57,433 nucleotides of DNA from an uncultured bacterium. Its GTDB lineage: Bacteria; Verrucomicrobiota; Verrucomicrobiia; Limisphaerales; JACDHS01. Positions 46,614 through 57,013 of the stretch are shown here, in pieces. The DNA lies in the NCBI GenBank assembly GCA_966095605.1, contig CBHTTJ010000003.1:1-57433 (forward strand), read 5' to 3'. The notes below the pieces were generated by a model. That model did no database searches. It was not told the DNA's origin and saw only the letters and a program-made list of their open reading frames with translations. Numbering within the stretch: the first letter of the stretch is position 1; the number at the start of each line of letters is the position of its first letter. Position numbers and translations under genes: made by a program.

Positions 46614-49600
46614 TTATTTCTTCTTTTTGAAGATGTTAATGATGCCGTTGACGGCATCGACCGCATTGTTTGTCTGCGTTTGAGCTGGCTGGTTGGGATT
46701 GGTCGCTGGCGCTGCGTTGGTGCTCTTGCCACTGAAGATGCCGCCGACTCCTTGTAAAATCGCTCCGGGCGCCTGCAGCACCTGGCCTGCTGTGCCTCCT
46801 ACGCGACCGCCAACGGCTCGTCCGAGGACAGCTGTGAGCGCCAGTTTGTTGACGTCCGCTTCTGGTTTACCAAGGGTTCCCTTCAACTTTACAAAATTGG
46901 GCAATAAAACGTAGGCATCGTTGGTCGTTGCATTCGCCGGCATCAGTCCCGCCTTTTGAGCGAGGCCACGACTGAGATAAAAGTTTACGGGCCAATTGTT
47001 GATCGGCGAATTGGTGAGAATATTGGCAATCGGAATGACTCCGGCTGTATCCGCTCTGAAGGCCTGGCTTACAATTTCACCTTTTTTCAGATCAATTTGA
47101 CCTGTGCCGGGAAATTGAATCTTCGTGTCGACCCAATTGAGCGGAGTGCTGAGGATTTCCTGGATGCCCAATAATAGCGCGATGGGTGACAGCACGGTGC
47201 GTAGCTTCGGAGAGACAATCTGAATTTCGGCGTTGGTGTAGCTGAAGCTAACCTGTCCATTCAGGTTCTTCTTCAAATTAGCACCGGTGACGCCGGCGCC
47301 CTTGACTTGAACATTGGCAAGAATATCGCCTTTGTATTGTCCTTTCTTGTCTGGAACAAAACTGTTCGCGATCGGCTCAAGCGGAATGCGGTCAGCGTTG
47401 AACGCCACGTTATAAACAAATCCGGGAACACCAACATCGGCATCCACGGTTGCCTTGACAGGCGCGCCGTTGAGGGTCAGCTGCACCGGATTCAGGTTTA
47501 CTTTACTGCCGACGATTTTTCCGATGGCCTGGATATTGGTGACTGCAATCTCACGCAGATAAAACTGCCCGATGTTGATGTTCAATGCGAAATCCTGGAT
47601 CGGCAGTTTGATCGCATCCGGTTCTTTATTTTCATCTTTCGGCGCAGGTGCCGACGGCTGGGGCGAGGAACCTGGAGCGGAAGGAGCCGTCTTCGCTTTT
47701 TCCTTTTCCGCTTTGCTCGCGTAAAGATCGTAGAACTTCGTGATATCGATGGAATCGGCGCTGATGGTGATGTTCCCTTTAAGCGCGTTGCTCTTGCTCG
47801 TATCGACAAGACCTTTGATCTGCAGCTGATTCTTGCCGCGTTCGGTGGGTGTTAAACCAACTGAGATGTTTCGCAGATCAAAGACGTTGTCTTTGCCGGC
47901 AGCATCCGCGCTGAGTTGCACTGCGAGGGGCGATTCAGGTTGGGATTTCTTCGGGTCCTGCACGACAAGATTCGTGACAACGAAATTGGCTTTGGTGCTG
48001 AAATCCGTTTGCGATTGCAACTGCGCCGTCGCATTGCCGTTGATCAAGACGGAGAGAAGCTTCTTATCGCCGAGCGACGGTTGCAGAAACGTGCGCAACG
48101 TATGTTCGTTCAAATCTTTGAGATTTAACGCGAGTTGTCCGGCCATCTTCTTCGTATCGAGATTGCCACTGACAGAAAACGTTCCGCCCGGAGCCGAGCC
48201 TTCCTTGAGTTCTCCGTTCAACGCGCGGATCTGAAGGGTGTCGTTCTGCTTTTCGATGTCGGTCTGAATCGCTGCGATGAAGTCGTTGAAATTGTAAGTG
48301 CTGAAATGACCTGTGAAACGATCCACGTTCAGATTGCCGGCGATTGTTTGCGTCGCCGCTTTTTGTTTCACGGTGCCGTTGAATTTGAACGTGCCGCGGC
48401 TGATCGCGAGCTGCGGATTATTCAGGAGTTGAGCCAGCTTCGGCAGTGCCGCTTCCACGCTCGCCTTCAAATCCGCTTCCTGTGATTTCACGGCGTAGAC
48501 GCCGGAGGCCGCGATATTCGCGGTGGCCTGGTCGGCCTGGGTCAGATTCACATGGAGATCGCTGATGTTGATCTTGTCGGAATTCTCCATGGTCGCTCGC
48601 AAGGCAATATCGGCTCCCGCGCGGTCAATGCGATTGCTGCCAACGGCTCCCGAGAAATCCGTCAGCTTCGCCGTGATGTCCGGCACCAGTTTGTTGCCTT
48701 TATCCTGGGCGGATAATTTGATCTTCGCATTGAGTTGGCCGGATTGTGCCAGGTCCGGTTGCCCGGCGAGTCGACCGAGCTGTTTCAACGCGGCGATCAC
48801 TGTGGCCTGGATGTCGCCGGTTTTATTTTCGAGCGAATAATTGCCATTCGCCGAAACCGTCAGGGCATCCTGTCCTCCTTGTAAGAGATCGACGTTCAGT
48901 TCCGAAATATCAACCTTATCGAATTCGGCAATGTGCGTCCGGGAAGAAACGTTGATGTCAGCGTTCTCCACTTTGTTGCTGCCGAATTGACCGGAATATT
49001 TCTGGAGGGAGACTGACAACGTGCTGTTCAAATCTTTTCCTGCCCGCTTCGACAACACTTCCAGCTTCACGTTAAGATCGCCTGCCTTCGCGGCATCACC
49101 AGCGAAAGCTTTCCAATCCGCCAGGTGCAAGTCCGTGACCTGCAAAACAAACGCGGATTCATCCACGCCTTCCGCACCTTTGTCCCAGTCCAGAGTCATC
49201 GGTTTGGAAAGACGCGCATTCAACAACGGCTGCTTGTTTTGGGTTCCTTCGAAAGTAAATGTCTTGATCACTGCGGCCTGCGTCGGTAAGTCGACCGAGA
49301 CGCTGTAATTCGCCTGCAGATCCACCGCAGGGGTTGTTTGGTTCGTTCGTGTGACGCTGAATGAATTGGCCACCAGTTGACCAACCACGGTGATCGCCTT
49401 GCCGCCTTTCGCTAAATCCACATCGCTTTGTGAGCTGATCTTCGTCCGTCCGAAATCCATTCCTTTGGGGCCGCCGAAGATGTTCAGCACCTGCTTGTCG
49501 ATATCGGCCAGTTCCACCTTCAACTTGCCTTCCACTTTGGCTGCATCAAAAGGACCGCTCACACGCAGCGTCCCGAGTTGGGAGCCTTGTTTCGTGAATC

Positions 49601-50447
49601 TCAGGGCAAAATCTTTGATCTCGGTTGGAGAGATGTCGCAATCAATTGCGGTGCCGAGATGAGCGGCATCGGCGAAAGAGCCAGTGGCATTATTAACGTC
49701 GAGTGAAAGCTTTCCTTTGGCGTTCTTCGGCAAAAGATTTTGTTCGAGCGCGTAGCCAAATGAACCATCGATTTTCGCCTGCAACGTGCTGGTTTGATTA
49801 TTTGTGCCCGTTGCATCCATACGCAGTTGCGACGCAATCGTGAGATTGCCGGAAGCACCGTTCTTGAGCTGATCAATCGTGACGTTCAGGTTTGAGATCT
49901 CAATTACCTGACGTGCGCCATTGGTCGTGGTGATCTGTTGGACCGTGGCGTTCTTGAGCGAGACATTCTTGATATCAATCTGGGGAGGTTTTTGGTCCTT
50001 CGAGGCGGGTTTGCTTTCCGGCGCGCTCGAAGGTTTTGAAGATCCCTTCTTCTTTGTAAACGCATCGAGGTTGCTGGTGCCGTCCGCGTTCTGCACCACT
50101 TTGATCACGGGCGAGACGACGGTGGCTTCGGTCACGTGAATGTTTCCACCGATGATGTCCATGAGGCTGTAGCGGGCAATTACTTCATCAGCCTGTAGCA
50201 ATGGCTCCTGGCCTTTTGATTGCACCTTCAACTTCTGCAACCGCACACTGCTGAAGGGACTGATTGATGCATCTGCCACCGTGACATCAGCGCCGATGGA
50301 TTCGCTGACCTTTGGCAGGATGAACCCCTTGAGAAAGGCGGCACTGGTGCCGACAAAATAAGCAACCACCAGCAGCACAACTAAAACTGCGGCGATAATT
50401 CCCAATATTTTACCAATCGAACGACGTTTCTTCGGTGTCTCAGCCAT
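46614..50447 (-). CDS. AsmA-family protein (1277 aa, beta-rich, N-terminal anchor)
   Basis: N-terminal TM; P.IKVVQNADGTSNL chorein-N/AsmA-like motif; long beta-strand-rich body; C-terminal LKGTLGKP. Confidence 0.8.
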   Translation of the reverse strand: MAETPKKRRSIGKILGIIAAVLVVLLVVAYFVGTSAAFLKGFILPKVSESIGADVTVADASISPFSSVRLQKLKVQSKGQEPLLQADEVIARYSLMDIIGGNIHVTEATVVSPVIKVVQNADGTSNLDAFTKKKGSSKPSSAPESKPASKDQKPPQIDIKNVSLKNATVQQITTTNGARQVIEISNLNVTIDQLKNGASGNLTIASQLRMDATGTNNQTSTLQAKIDGSFGYALEQNLLPKNAKGKLSLDVNNATGSFADAAHLGTAIDCDISPTEIKDFALRFTKQGSQLGTLRVSGPFDAAKVEGKLKVELADIDKQVLNIFGGPKGMDFGRTKISSQSDVDLAKGGKAITVVGQLVANSFSVTRTNQTTPAVDLQANYSVSVDLPTQAAVIKTFTFEGTQNKQPLLNARLSKPMTLDWDKGAEGVDESAFVLQVTDLHLADWKAFAGDAAKAGDLNVKLEVLSKRAGKDLNSTLSVSLQKYSGQFGSNKVENADINVSSRTHIAEFDKVDISELNVDLLQGGQDALTVSANGNYSLENKTGDIQATVIAALKQLGRLAGQPDLAQSGQLNAKIKLSAQDKGNKLVPDITAKLTDFSGAVGSNRIDRAGADIALRATMENSDKINISDLHVNLTQADQATANIAASGVYAVKSQEADLKASVEAALPKLAQLLNNPQLAISRGTFKFNGTVKQKAATQTIAGNLNVDRFTGHFSTYNFNDFIAAIQTDIEKQNDTLQIRALNGELKEGSAPGGTFSVSGNLDTKKMAGQLALNLKDLNEHTLRTFLQPSLGDKKLLSVLINGNATAQLQSQTDFSTKANFVVTNLVVQDPKKSQPESPLAVQLSADAAGKDNVFDLRNISVGLTPTERGKNQLQIKGLVDTSKSNALKGNITISADSIDITKFYDLYASKAEKEKAKTAPSAPGSSPQPSAPAPKDENKEPDAIKLPIQDFALNINIGQFYLREIAVTNIQAIGKIVGSKVNLNPVQLTLNGAPVKATVDADVGVPGFVYNVAFNADRIPLEPIANSFVPDKKGQYKGDILANVQVKGAGVTGANLKKNLNGQVSFSYTNAEIQIVSPKLRTVLSPIALLLGIQEILSTPLNWVDTKIQFPGTGQIDLKKGEIVSQAFRADTAGVIPIANILTNSPINNWPVNFYLSRGLAQKAGLMPANATTNDAYVLLPNFVKLKGTLGKPEADVNKLALTAVLGRAVGGRVGGTAGQVLQAPGAILQGVGGIFSGKSTNAAPATNPNQPAQTQTNNAVDAVNGIINIFKKKK

Positions 50448-50720
50448 AAATTAAAATTTCAAAGTAAGTAAATGAATCCTTGTTCGCGAAATTCGCTATC
50501 GGGCAAACCCCTTATCCGCGAAAGCCTCTCCCTGTTTGCTCAATCTAGTGCGGTTTTGACTATTGTCATGCTCTCTTTGTTCATCACCGCGGGCGCCTTT
50601 GGTGCCTGAAAATGCCTTTGACGTCCATTACTATTTTGCTTGTCCCCGCATGAATCGGGCCATTTTCAGAAACGGTGATTTTGATCGAAACTAAAGTCCG
50701 CGGGCTTCGTCCAATCTTGT

Positions 50721-52124
50721 ATGGCAACAAACAAGATCTGGGTGGGTTTCGGGTTGGGTCTTTTCCTCGCGGCGACGATCACCACCCTCGGTTCGGCAGC
50801 GGATGCCATGGTCATTCACGAATGGGGAACCTTTACGTCATTGCAAAATGAACGAGGCGAGGCGATTGGAGGAATTAACACGGACGATGAGCCTGTGCCC
50901 CGTTTTGTCCATCGGCTCGCGAACTTTCTTTTGCTGAGTCCCACGGAGGTGCCGCCGATCTTTTTCCAGGGTGCTCCTCGTTGTCATCCGGATGTCACCA
51001 TGCGCTTAGAGACCCCCGTCATTTATTTTCATCCTTCGCCATCGCAGAAAATCCAGCTTCTCGACGTGCATGTCTCCTTCAAGGGAGGGTGGTTAAGCGA
51101 ATATTTTCCGGACGCGATTGCCGATGCTCCGGGTTTGAAAAAAGGGGATTTTCAATTTGGCCCGTTGACCACGGACACGGTTAGCAAGCTCGATTGGAAT
51201 AATCTCCAGGTGGGTGTCGATGGGCAGGGGCCGTATACAAAGGAACATGTCTGGACGTCGCCACGAGCGGTGAACGCGGCTTCCGTGGGAACTTCCAATG
51301 GAGAGAAAGAGAAATTCCTGTTTTACCGCGGCGTTGCCCATCAGGAAGCCCCGCTTCGTGTCTTGCGAGAAAAGAACGAGTTAACGTTTCGCAGTCAGTG
51401 GGAAGGTGGCGCGCCGTTGGCGGTGGAAAAATCGTGGCTCGTTGATATAAAACGTGACGGTCGAGTCGCCTTTCGCGAGTTGCCGAAGATGTCATTGGCT
51501 GCGGATCACGAAAAAGTCCTGGCCACGACTTCCGCCGAGTTTGCCCCCGCAGACTTTTCTTCCGAAAATCTATCCAAGCTCAAAGACACGTTACGAGAGG
51601 CGTTGGTTCGTGATGGCTTATTTAAGGATGAAGCCGATGCTTTGTTAAACACGTGGGAACTTTCCTATTTCAAAAGCGCCGGGTTGCGCGTGTTTTTTCT
51701 CGTGCCGCGTCCATGGACAGACGCTGTTCTGCCGCTGGAGTTTTCGATGAAAGCAAATGTGGACCGGGTCATGGTCGGCCGGATTGAATTGATAACTCCA
51801 GAACAACGAGCTTTGCTGCGAAACCTGGCGGCCCAACCTGTCTTAACGGTTACGAATGACGTATCGCTGTTTCAAAGTAATTTTTATGGAGCGATTTCAT
51901 CCAGTGGTGGCGCGAGACCGGGCGGGTTTGATTTGGAGAGCCTCAATAAGGGCGCAAAGACGTTGTCGCAAAGTCATGTGCCGGTCCCTGCAAGTTATCA
52001 ACTTTATTTGAGCCTGGGACGTTTCCGAAACGCGTTGGTTCTCGATGAGCAAAAGCGGCGTCCCTCGGCGGTTCTCGACGCGTTTATTCGACAATATCGT
52101 CTGGAAGCGTACGTGCCGAAGTAG
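50721..52124 (+). CDS. Exported hypothetical protein (HEWGTFT motif)
   Basis: Signal peptide; motifs HEWGTFT, RLETPVIYF, EKFLFYRG, GLFKDEA..LLNTW, RVMVGRIE. Confidence 0.8.
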   Translation: MATNKIWVGFGLGLFLAATITTLGSAADAMVIHEWGTFTSLQNERGEAIGGINTDDEPVPRFVHRLANFLLLSPTEVPPIFFQGAPRCHPDVTMRLETPVIYFHPSPSQKIQLLDVHVSFKGGWLSEYFPDAIADAPGLKKGDFQFGPLTTDTVSKLDWNNLQVGVDGQGPYTKEHVWTSPRAVNAASVGTSNGEKEKFLFYRGVAHQEAPLRVLREKNELTFRSQWEGGAPLAVEKSWLVDIKRDGRVAFRELPKMSLAADHEKVLATTSAEFAPADFSSENLSKLKDTLREALVRDGLFKDEADALLNTWELSYFKSAGLRVFFLVPRPWTDAVLPLEFSMKANVDRVMVGRIELITPEQRALLRNLAAQPVLTVTNDVSLFQSNFYGAISSSGGARPGGFDLESLNKGAKTLSQSHVPVPASYQLYLSLGRFRNALVLDEQKRRPSAVLDAFIRQYRLEAYVPK

Positions 52125-52241
52125 GCCGGAGCGATTCGGTTGAGACACGAATTTTACGAATTAAAAAAACAGCGTTCGTCGTGTTTTAAAGCTCAAAACG
52201 GATCGCATCATTTGGTGTGATGGCACGGTCCGAAATCACTT

Positions 52242-53900
52242 TTAGTTTCTCCACCCAGTCGACATTAACAGGGGCGGTCCCTCCAGGCTGGCCACCGGGT
52301 TGGGAGGAGTTGGCGAAACGTAGAGCATGGTCTCGGCATGGCGGCCAAGGAACTGGCCCAGTCGCATGGACCAATAAACATAATAAGGTTCATCAAGCCA
52401 CCCTGAAGGCATCTGCGGCGCGGGAGGCGGGGGAACCAACGGTTGCTCTATGTTTTCAAAGGAGGCCGCCCCGAAAACCCAGACGCGATGTCCGCTTTGC
52501 AACGTTTCCTGAATCTTCTTCAAAACCGGCTCCATGACGGCGACGGGATCTTTCGCAATCGCTTCGGCAATGAGGTCATATCGATGCACGCGCGGATTCG
52601 GCAGCGGGGGAACGGTTACAATGGGTGTATCGTCGTTGTAATAGGCTTTGAAACTGACATTCAGGTACCAGGGACAAAGGACAATGAGGTCTTCTTTTTG
52701 GGCCTCTGATTTTAGTTTTGCGGCCGCGAGGTCAGCATTGGTTTGCCGCAGCTGGCTCATGTATTCCATCCTGGGTTCGACGGATAAGGCCAAAGCTACG
52801 AGAAGAGCCAGTCGCGTAACGCGCAGGGCGGAGTGCTGAATGAAAACGGAGAAAATTCTTTCGAGGGAAATCGCGATGAGGCTCAACAGGAGAATGTAGT
52901 GCCAGGGATTCGTCGGAAGCTTGACCCATTTAAGGAATAAAAAATAGCCAACGGTCCCCACAATCATCGCCACCAGAAAATAAAAGGAGATGTCTTTTCT
53001 CGCGGATTTCTCGTCCGCCGGTTGAGGCCGGAATTGGAGGAATATTGCCAGCGCCGAGGCGATGACAAAGAGCCCGATCCAAATTCCGATCATCGCGCCC
53101 ACTCCGGAAACGTTCAAAGCGCTGGAAACGCGAACATAAAAGTCGTGAAGAGTAAAAGTTTGAATGTGCTGTACTTTGTTGGCTTCTCCGTAGTGCCGAA
53201 TGGTTTGCGCATAAGGCAACAGGGACACGGCTGCCAATCCGCCTATGCTGAGGATTACGATCGCTTGCCGCCACGAGCGACGTCGCACGGCGACGGCGGC
53301 ACCGGCGAGTCCAAAGGCCAGCAGGAGGATGGTGTTGTAATACAGTGTTTGCACCGCGAGCACCGCGACCACAGCTGTAGCGATCGCGTTCTTTCGACTG
53401 GGATGCTCCAGGTATTTCCAAATCGTTCCGGAAAGCACGATGCTAATGATGGCTCCGAGGCCGTAAGCCCGGAGAGAATCTCCCCAGAACATCACCGTGG
53501 GATTGAAGGCGAGAAAAGTTAAAGCGACGAGCGGTGCGGGCTGCTTGAACTGCCGTGAATTCCACCAAAGCGCGGCAATTAAAAGAAGGCCTACGACGAG
53601 GCCTAGTAAACGCAAAGACGAATCGCCGTTCATGCCAAGGGATGACCAGGCCCGGACCACCGTGAACCACACCACTGGAAACGAATCAAACTGGAGATTT
53701 CCCCAGAGCTCGGAAAAAGAGGGCAACGTAGAAATATAAACCGTGTTTTGCTCGTCCCGCCAAAGACCACCGGCGTTTCGCCAGAGGACAAAGTGAAAAT
53801 AAACTACGACCAGGGTCAGCGCGATGGCGGCTGCCCATTCCACCTTCGAAAGGACAGCATCAACTTTAAGCGCAGGGTTTTGAGGAGGAGTTTCTTTCAC
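52242..53900 (-). CDS. Polytopic membrane protein, probable GT-C-fold glycosyltransferase
   Basis: GLWRDE motif after TM1; SLRAY; about 12 TM segments then a soluble C-terminal domain. Confidence 0.7.
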   Translation of the reverse strand: MKETPPQNPALKVDAVLSKVEWAAAIALTLVVVYFHFVLWRNAGGLWRDEQNTVYISTLPSFSELWGNLQFDSFPVVWFTVVRAWSSLGMNGDSSLRLLGLVVGLLLIAALWWNSRQFKQPAPLVALTFLAFNPTVMFWGDSLRAYGLGAIISIVLSGTIWKYLEHPSRKNAIATAVVAVLAVQTLYYNTILLLAFGLAGAAVAVRRRSWRQAIVILSIGGLAAVSLLPYAQTIRHYGEANKVQHIQTFTLHDFYVRVSSALNVSGVGAMIGIWIGLFVIASALAIFLQFRPQPADEKSARKDISFYFLVAMIVGTVGYFLFLKWVKLPTNPWHYILLLSLIAISLERIFSVFIQHSALRVTRLALLVALALSVEPRMEYMSQLRQTNADLAAAKLKSEAQKEDLIVLCPWYLNVSFKAYYNDDTPIVTVPPLPNPRVHRYDLIAEAIAKDPVAVMEPVLKKIQETLQSGHRVWVFGAASFENIEQPLVPPPPAPQMPSGWLDEPYYVYWSMRLGQFLGRHAETMLYVSPTPPNPVASLEGPPLLMSTGWRN

Positions 53901-54025
53901 GTTCTGGCTCAGGGAAAAAATCGGCTTCCGTCTTTAGTCGGATCTTTTGAGAATGCGGTTGGTCCTCGCACGGTGGCGGTGGAATAGAAACAGATTTGAT
54001 CCGGATGTCAGGGAAATTTTGCGGT

Positions 54026-54093
54026 GTCGCGAAGCGACCCTGGAAGGTAGCCAGGACGTTGTCCCTGGCTACCTTCCGGAGTCGCTCCGCGAC
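54026..54093. repeat. REP-like long inverted repeat (30-bp arms, 8-nt loop)
   Basis: GTCGCGAAGCGACCCTGGAAGGTAGCCAGG / CCTGGCTACCTTCCGGAGTCGCTCCGCGAC, 27 of 30 positions complementary. Confidence 0.8.
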
Positions 54094-54132
54094 GATGAAG
54101 CGGGCTTCGCTGTCAGGAGATGGACCGCAATT

Positions 54133-56142
54133 CTACGCCACTTTCACTTTCACCTTGTGCCCTTTGATTTCTGAACGGTTCAACTTGGCGATGATGCCGT
54201 TGGCGTGCTCAGCGGAAACGTCCATAAACAAATGACGTTCGCGAATGTCGATGGTGCCGACCACTTTTCCGGGTAAGCCGGTTTCACCTGCCACAGCGTT
54301 GACGATATCGATCGGGACGACGCCCATCTCTTCGCCGAGGTTCATCCACAAACGTGTTTGATCTTCGGGTGTGCGACGGCTTTTCTTGGCTTTTCGTTCC
54401 GGGGTGGCGGCTGTGGCTGGTTTCGTTGGGGCAGATTTTTTTTCAACCGGTTCACGTTTCTCCGGTGAGATCGAGGCCATAATTTCCTCATCGGAAAAAG
54501 TTTTCTCACCCTGCGGCGGCGGAGTAGGTGAAGACTTCGGTTCAGGTGCCTTTGGCGTGGACTTGATTGGAGCCGGCTGCGGCTTGCTCTCCACTGGACG
54601 TTGTTCCGTTCGCGGCTTCGGTTCAGCGCGAAATGCGGGACGCGAAGGTTCCGGACGGGAACGCTCTACATCCCGGCGATCATCAAAGCGCGGGCGCACA
54701 CGTTCACGGTCGCGATCCGAATAACGATCCTGGCGTTCGTCGCGGTAGGAGCCACGTCCGCTCTCCCGGCGGTTGTCGTATCTGTCAGAATAAGCAGGAC
54801 GCTCCTGGCGTTGCGGTCTTTCTTCGGCTGCAGGAGCTTTTGGTGCGGCGCTGCCTTCGATTTGAAGGTGGTGCAACAATGCGGAAGCGATGTCGGTGGA
54901 GTTGAAACCTTCCTCGAGCAAACGTTCGATCAGGTGATCCTGGCGCTTGTATTCATTGCTGCGCAAGGTGGCCCGAAGTTTCTCCAAAAAGACATTGGCC
55001 CGTGCTTCTTCGACCTCGGCAGGAGTCGGAATCTTTCCGCGTTGCACCCGCATATTGGTGTAACGCTCAATGTTGCGGATTTGAAAAACTTCACGACCCG
55101 AGGCGAAAGAAATCGCGCGCCCACTGCGTCCTGCCCGACCGGTTCTTCCAATACGATGGACGTAATCCTCCACGTCGTAAGGCAGATCGTAATTGAACAC
55201 GACCTCCACATCATCGACATCGATACCGCGAGCGGCGACGTCGGTGGCGACGAGAAATTCCAATCCCGATTTGCGGAACTTGTTCATGACGCGATCCCGC
55301 ATGGCTTGCGTCATGTCGCCGTGCAAACGGTCGGCGGAATAACCCTGTGCATTCAAGGCGTCGACGAGATCGTCGACCATGCGCTTGGTGTTACAGAAAA
55401 TGATTCCAAGTTTGAGATCGTGGATATCGATCAGGCGCGTGAGGAGTTCGATTTTATAACGGCGATCCACTTCGTAATAGGTTTGTTCCACCGTGGGAAC
55501 CGTCATCGCTTTCTGCTCGATGCGAACGCTCTGTGGATTGCGCGAATATTTTTCAATCAGCTGCTGAATCGGGCGCGGAATCGTCGCGGAGAAAAACACC
55601 GTCTGGCGTTCATTCGGAGTCGATTGAAGAATAGTTTCGATGTCGTCGCGGAAACCCAATTTCAACATCACATCGACTTCGTCGAGAATCACCATTTTCA
55701 GATTATCGAGTACGAGCGTGCCGCGGCGCATGTGATCCATGACGCGTCCAGGGGTGCCGATGACAATGTGTGCGCCTTGTCGGAGACCGTACAGTTGTCG
55801 ATCGTAGGATTGTCCGCCGTAGATCGGCAGGGCGTGGAGTCCGCGTTTAAAGAAAGCGAGCTTATGAATCTCCTCTGAAACCTGTACGGCCAATTCGCGC
55901 GTGGGACAGAGGATGAGAACCTGGACCGAACGATCGTGGACATCGACTTTCTCGATGGCCGGGGCACCGAAGGCCGCTGTTTTGCCGGAGCCCGTTTGTG
56001 ACTGGCCCACGACATCTTTGCCTGCGAGCAGGTGGGGAATGGCTTCGGCCTGAATGGGGGAGGCCTGTTCGAAGCCGAGTTTATCGATGGCTTTCAGCAA
56101 ATCCGCGGAAAGACCGAGTTCAGAAAATAGCTTTGGCGTCAT
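54133..56142 (-). CDS. deaD: DEAD-box RNA helicase, DeaD/CsdA-like with DbpA-type RNA-binding C-terminus
   Basis: Q motif, QTGSGKT, PTRELA, TPGR, DEVD, SAT, ARGID, HRIGRTGRAG. Confidence 0.92.
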   Translation of the reverse strand: MTPKLFSELGLSADLLKAIDKLGFEQASPIQAEAIPHLLAGKDVVGQSQTGSGKTAAFGAPAIEKVDVHDRSVQVLILCPTRELAVQVSEEIHKLAFFKRGLHALPIYGGQSYDRQLYGLRQGAHIVIGTPGRVMDHMRRGTLVLDNLKMVILDEVDVMLKLGFRDDIETILQSTPNERQTVFFSATIPRPIQQLIEKYSRNPQSVRIEQKAMTVPTVEQTYYEVDRRYKIELLTRLIDIHDLKLGIIFCNTKRMVDDLVDALNAQGYSADRLHGDMTQAMRDRVMNKFRKSGLEFLVATDVAARGIDVDDVEVVFNYDLPYDVEDYVHRIGRTGRAGRSGRAISFASGREVFQIRNIERYTNMRVQRGKIPTPAEVEEARANVFLEKLRATLRSNEYKRQDHLIERLLEEGFNSTDIASALLHHLQIEGSAAPKAPAAEERPQRQERPAYSDRYDNRRESGRGSYRDERQDRYSDRDRERVRPRFDDRRDVERSRPEPSRPAFRAEPKPRTEQRPVESKPQPAPIKSTPKAPEPKSSPTPPPQGEKTFSDEEIMASISPEKREPVEKKSAPTKPATAATPERKAKKSRRTPEDQTRLWMNLGEEMGVVPIDIVNAVAGETGLPGKVVGTIDIRERHLFMDVSAEHANGIIAKLNRSEIKGHKVKVKVA

Positions 56143-56214
56143 TTAGTCCCTCAAGGCTTAACATAGTCCAGCCTCCGGGGATACAAGAGTTATTTTTGGG
56201 AATCTGGAATGTAC

Positions 56215-56247
56215 AAAAAAATTGCGCAGAGAAACCTCTGCGCAATT
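56215..56247 (-). terminator. Intrinsic terminator after the prepilin-type gene
   Basis: Perfect 12-bp stem AATTGCGCAGAG-AAAC-CTCTGCGCAATT; U-tract on the minus strand at 56215-56219. Confidence 0.8.
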
Positions 56248-56272
56248 CGTATTTTTAAGCTATTAAGAAAAA

Positions 56273-57013
56273 TTAAGGATTTTCTTTGATGGACTTGACG
56301 TGTGAGTCGAGGAACAGGCGATTACGAACGGCTCCATGGACTTTGGACTTGGGCAAATAGGAAGAATACGTTCCGCCCACATTGAAAAATTTGTCCAAGT
56401 CGCTTAATGCCCAGTTTTCGGCGGGGCTTCGGACGTCTGTGGTGCGCAATGGAATGTCATCGGCTCCACTTACCCCATCACGATTGACACCACCCGTGCT
56501 GCTGAAAGGATAGCCAAAGACATTCGTGACGCGGTCGATAGGAGACGAACTAAAGTTGTTCGTTGCATATTGGCCGACGAGATAGCTGGCGCCATAACCG
56601 GTTGGGTTGGGCAGCGGTCCAGGCGGCAAGGGAATGCTCATGCGGAAAGTGCCGGGGCAGACGGCAACCAGCGAGGTTTTCAGGATGCCAGAAAGCGCTG
56701 GAAGCCCGAAATACTGCGGCATGAAATTCAAAATGTTGTACTGCATTTGACCCGCTGTGCTGTAATGCCAGTAGGTGGCGCGCCAGCTCGGACCAGGATA
56801 ACGTTCCTGATTGTCCGTGGAATACATGTTGAACGCGACGGCAAATTGCTTCAGGTTGCTCGTGCACTTTGCCTGTTCGCTCTTCAGCTTGGCTTTTTGC
56901 AGAGCGGGCAAAAGCATGCCCGCCAAAATAGCGATGATCGCAATCACCACCAGCAACTCAATCAGCGTAAAGGCGAGTCGCTTTCGGGGATTTAAGGGAT
57001 TGATCAATTTCAT
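56273..57013 (-). CDS. Prepilin-type N-terminal cleavage/methylation protein (PVC H-X9-DG class)
   Basis: [25 protein letters not shown]; C.SNLKQ; C-terminal [14 protein letters not shown]. Confidence 0.92.
   Translation of the reverse strand: MKLINPLNPRKRLAFTLIELLVVIAIIAILAGMLLPALQKAKLKSEQAKCTSNLKQFAVAFNMYSTDNQERYPGPSWRATYWHYSTAGQMQYNILNFMPQYFGLPALSGILKTSLVAVCPGTFRMSIPLPPGPLPNPTGYGASYLVGQYATNNFSSSPIDRVTNVFGYPFSSTGGVNRDGVSGADDIPLRTTDVRSPAENWALSDLDKFFNVGGTYSSYLPKSKVHGAVRNRLFLDSHVKSIKENP

Noticed and set aside
50501-50530. GGGCAAACC...GCGAAAGCC resembling a c-di-GMP-I riboswitch
   Set aside because: The GNRA-capped stem between the two motifs cannot be formed.
52145-52184. ACGAATT direct repeat with a partial inverted copy between convergent genes
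   Set aside because: Too short to distinguish from chance or a decayed repeat.
54601-55878. 425-aa ORF antisense to deaD (likewise 11057-11947, 16500-17390, 36475-37488)
   Set aside because: Shadow ORFs opposite well-supported genes, with no recognisable motifs.
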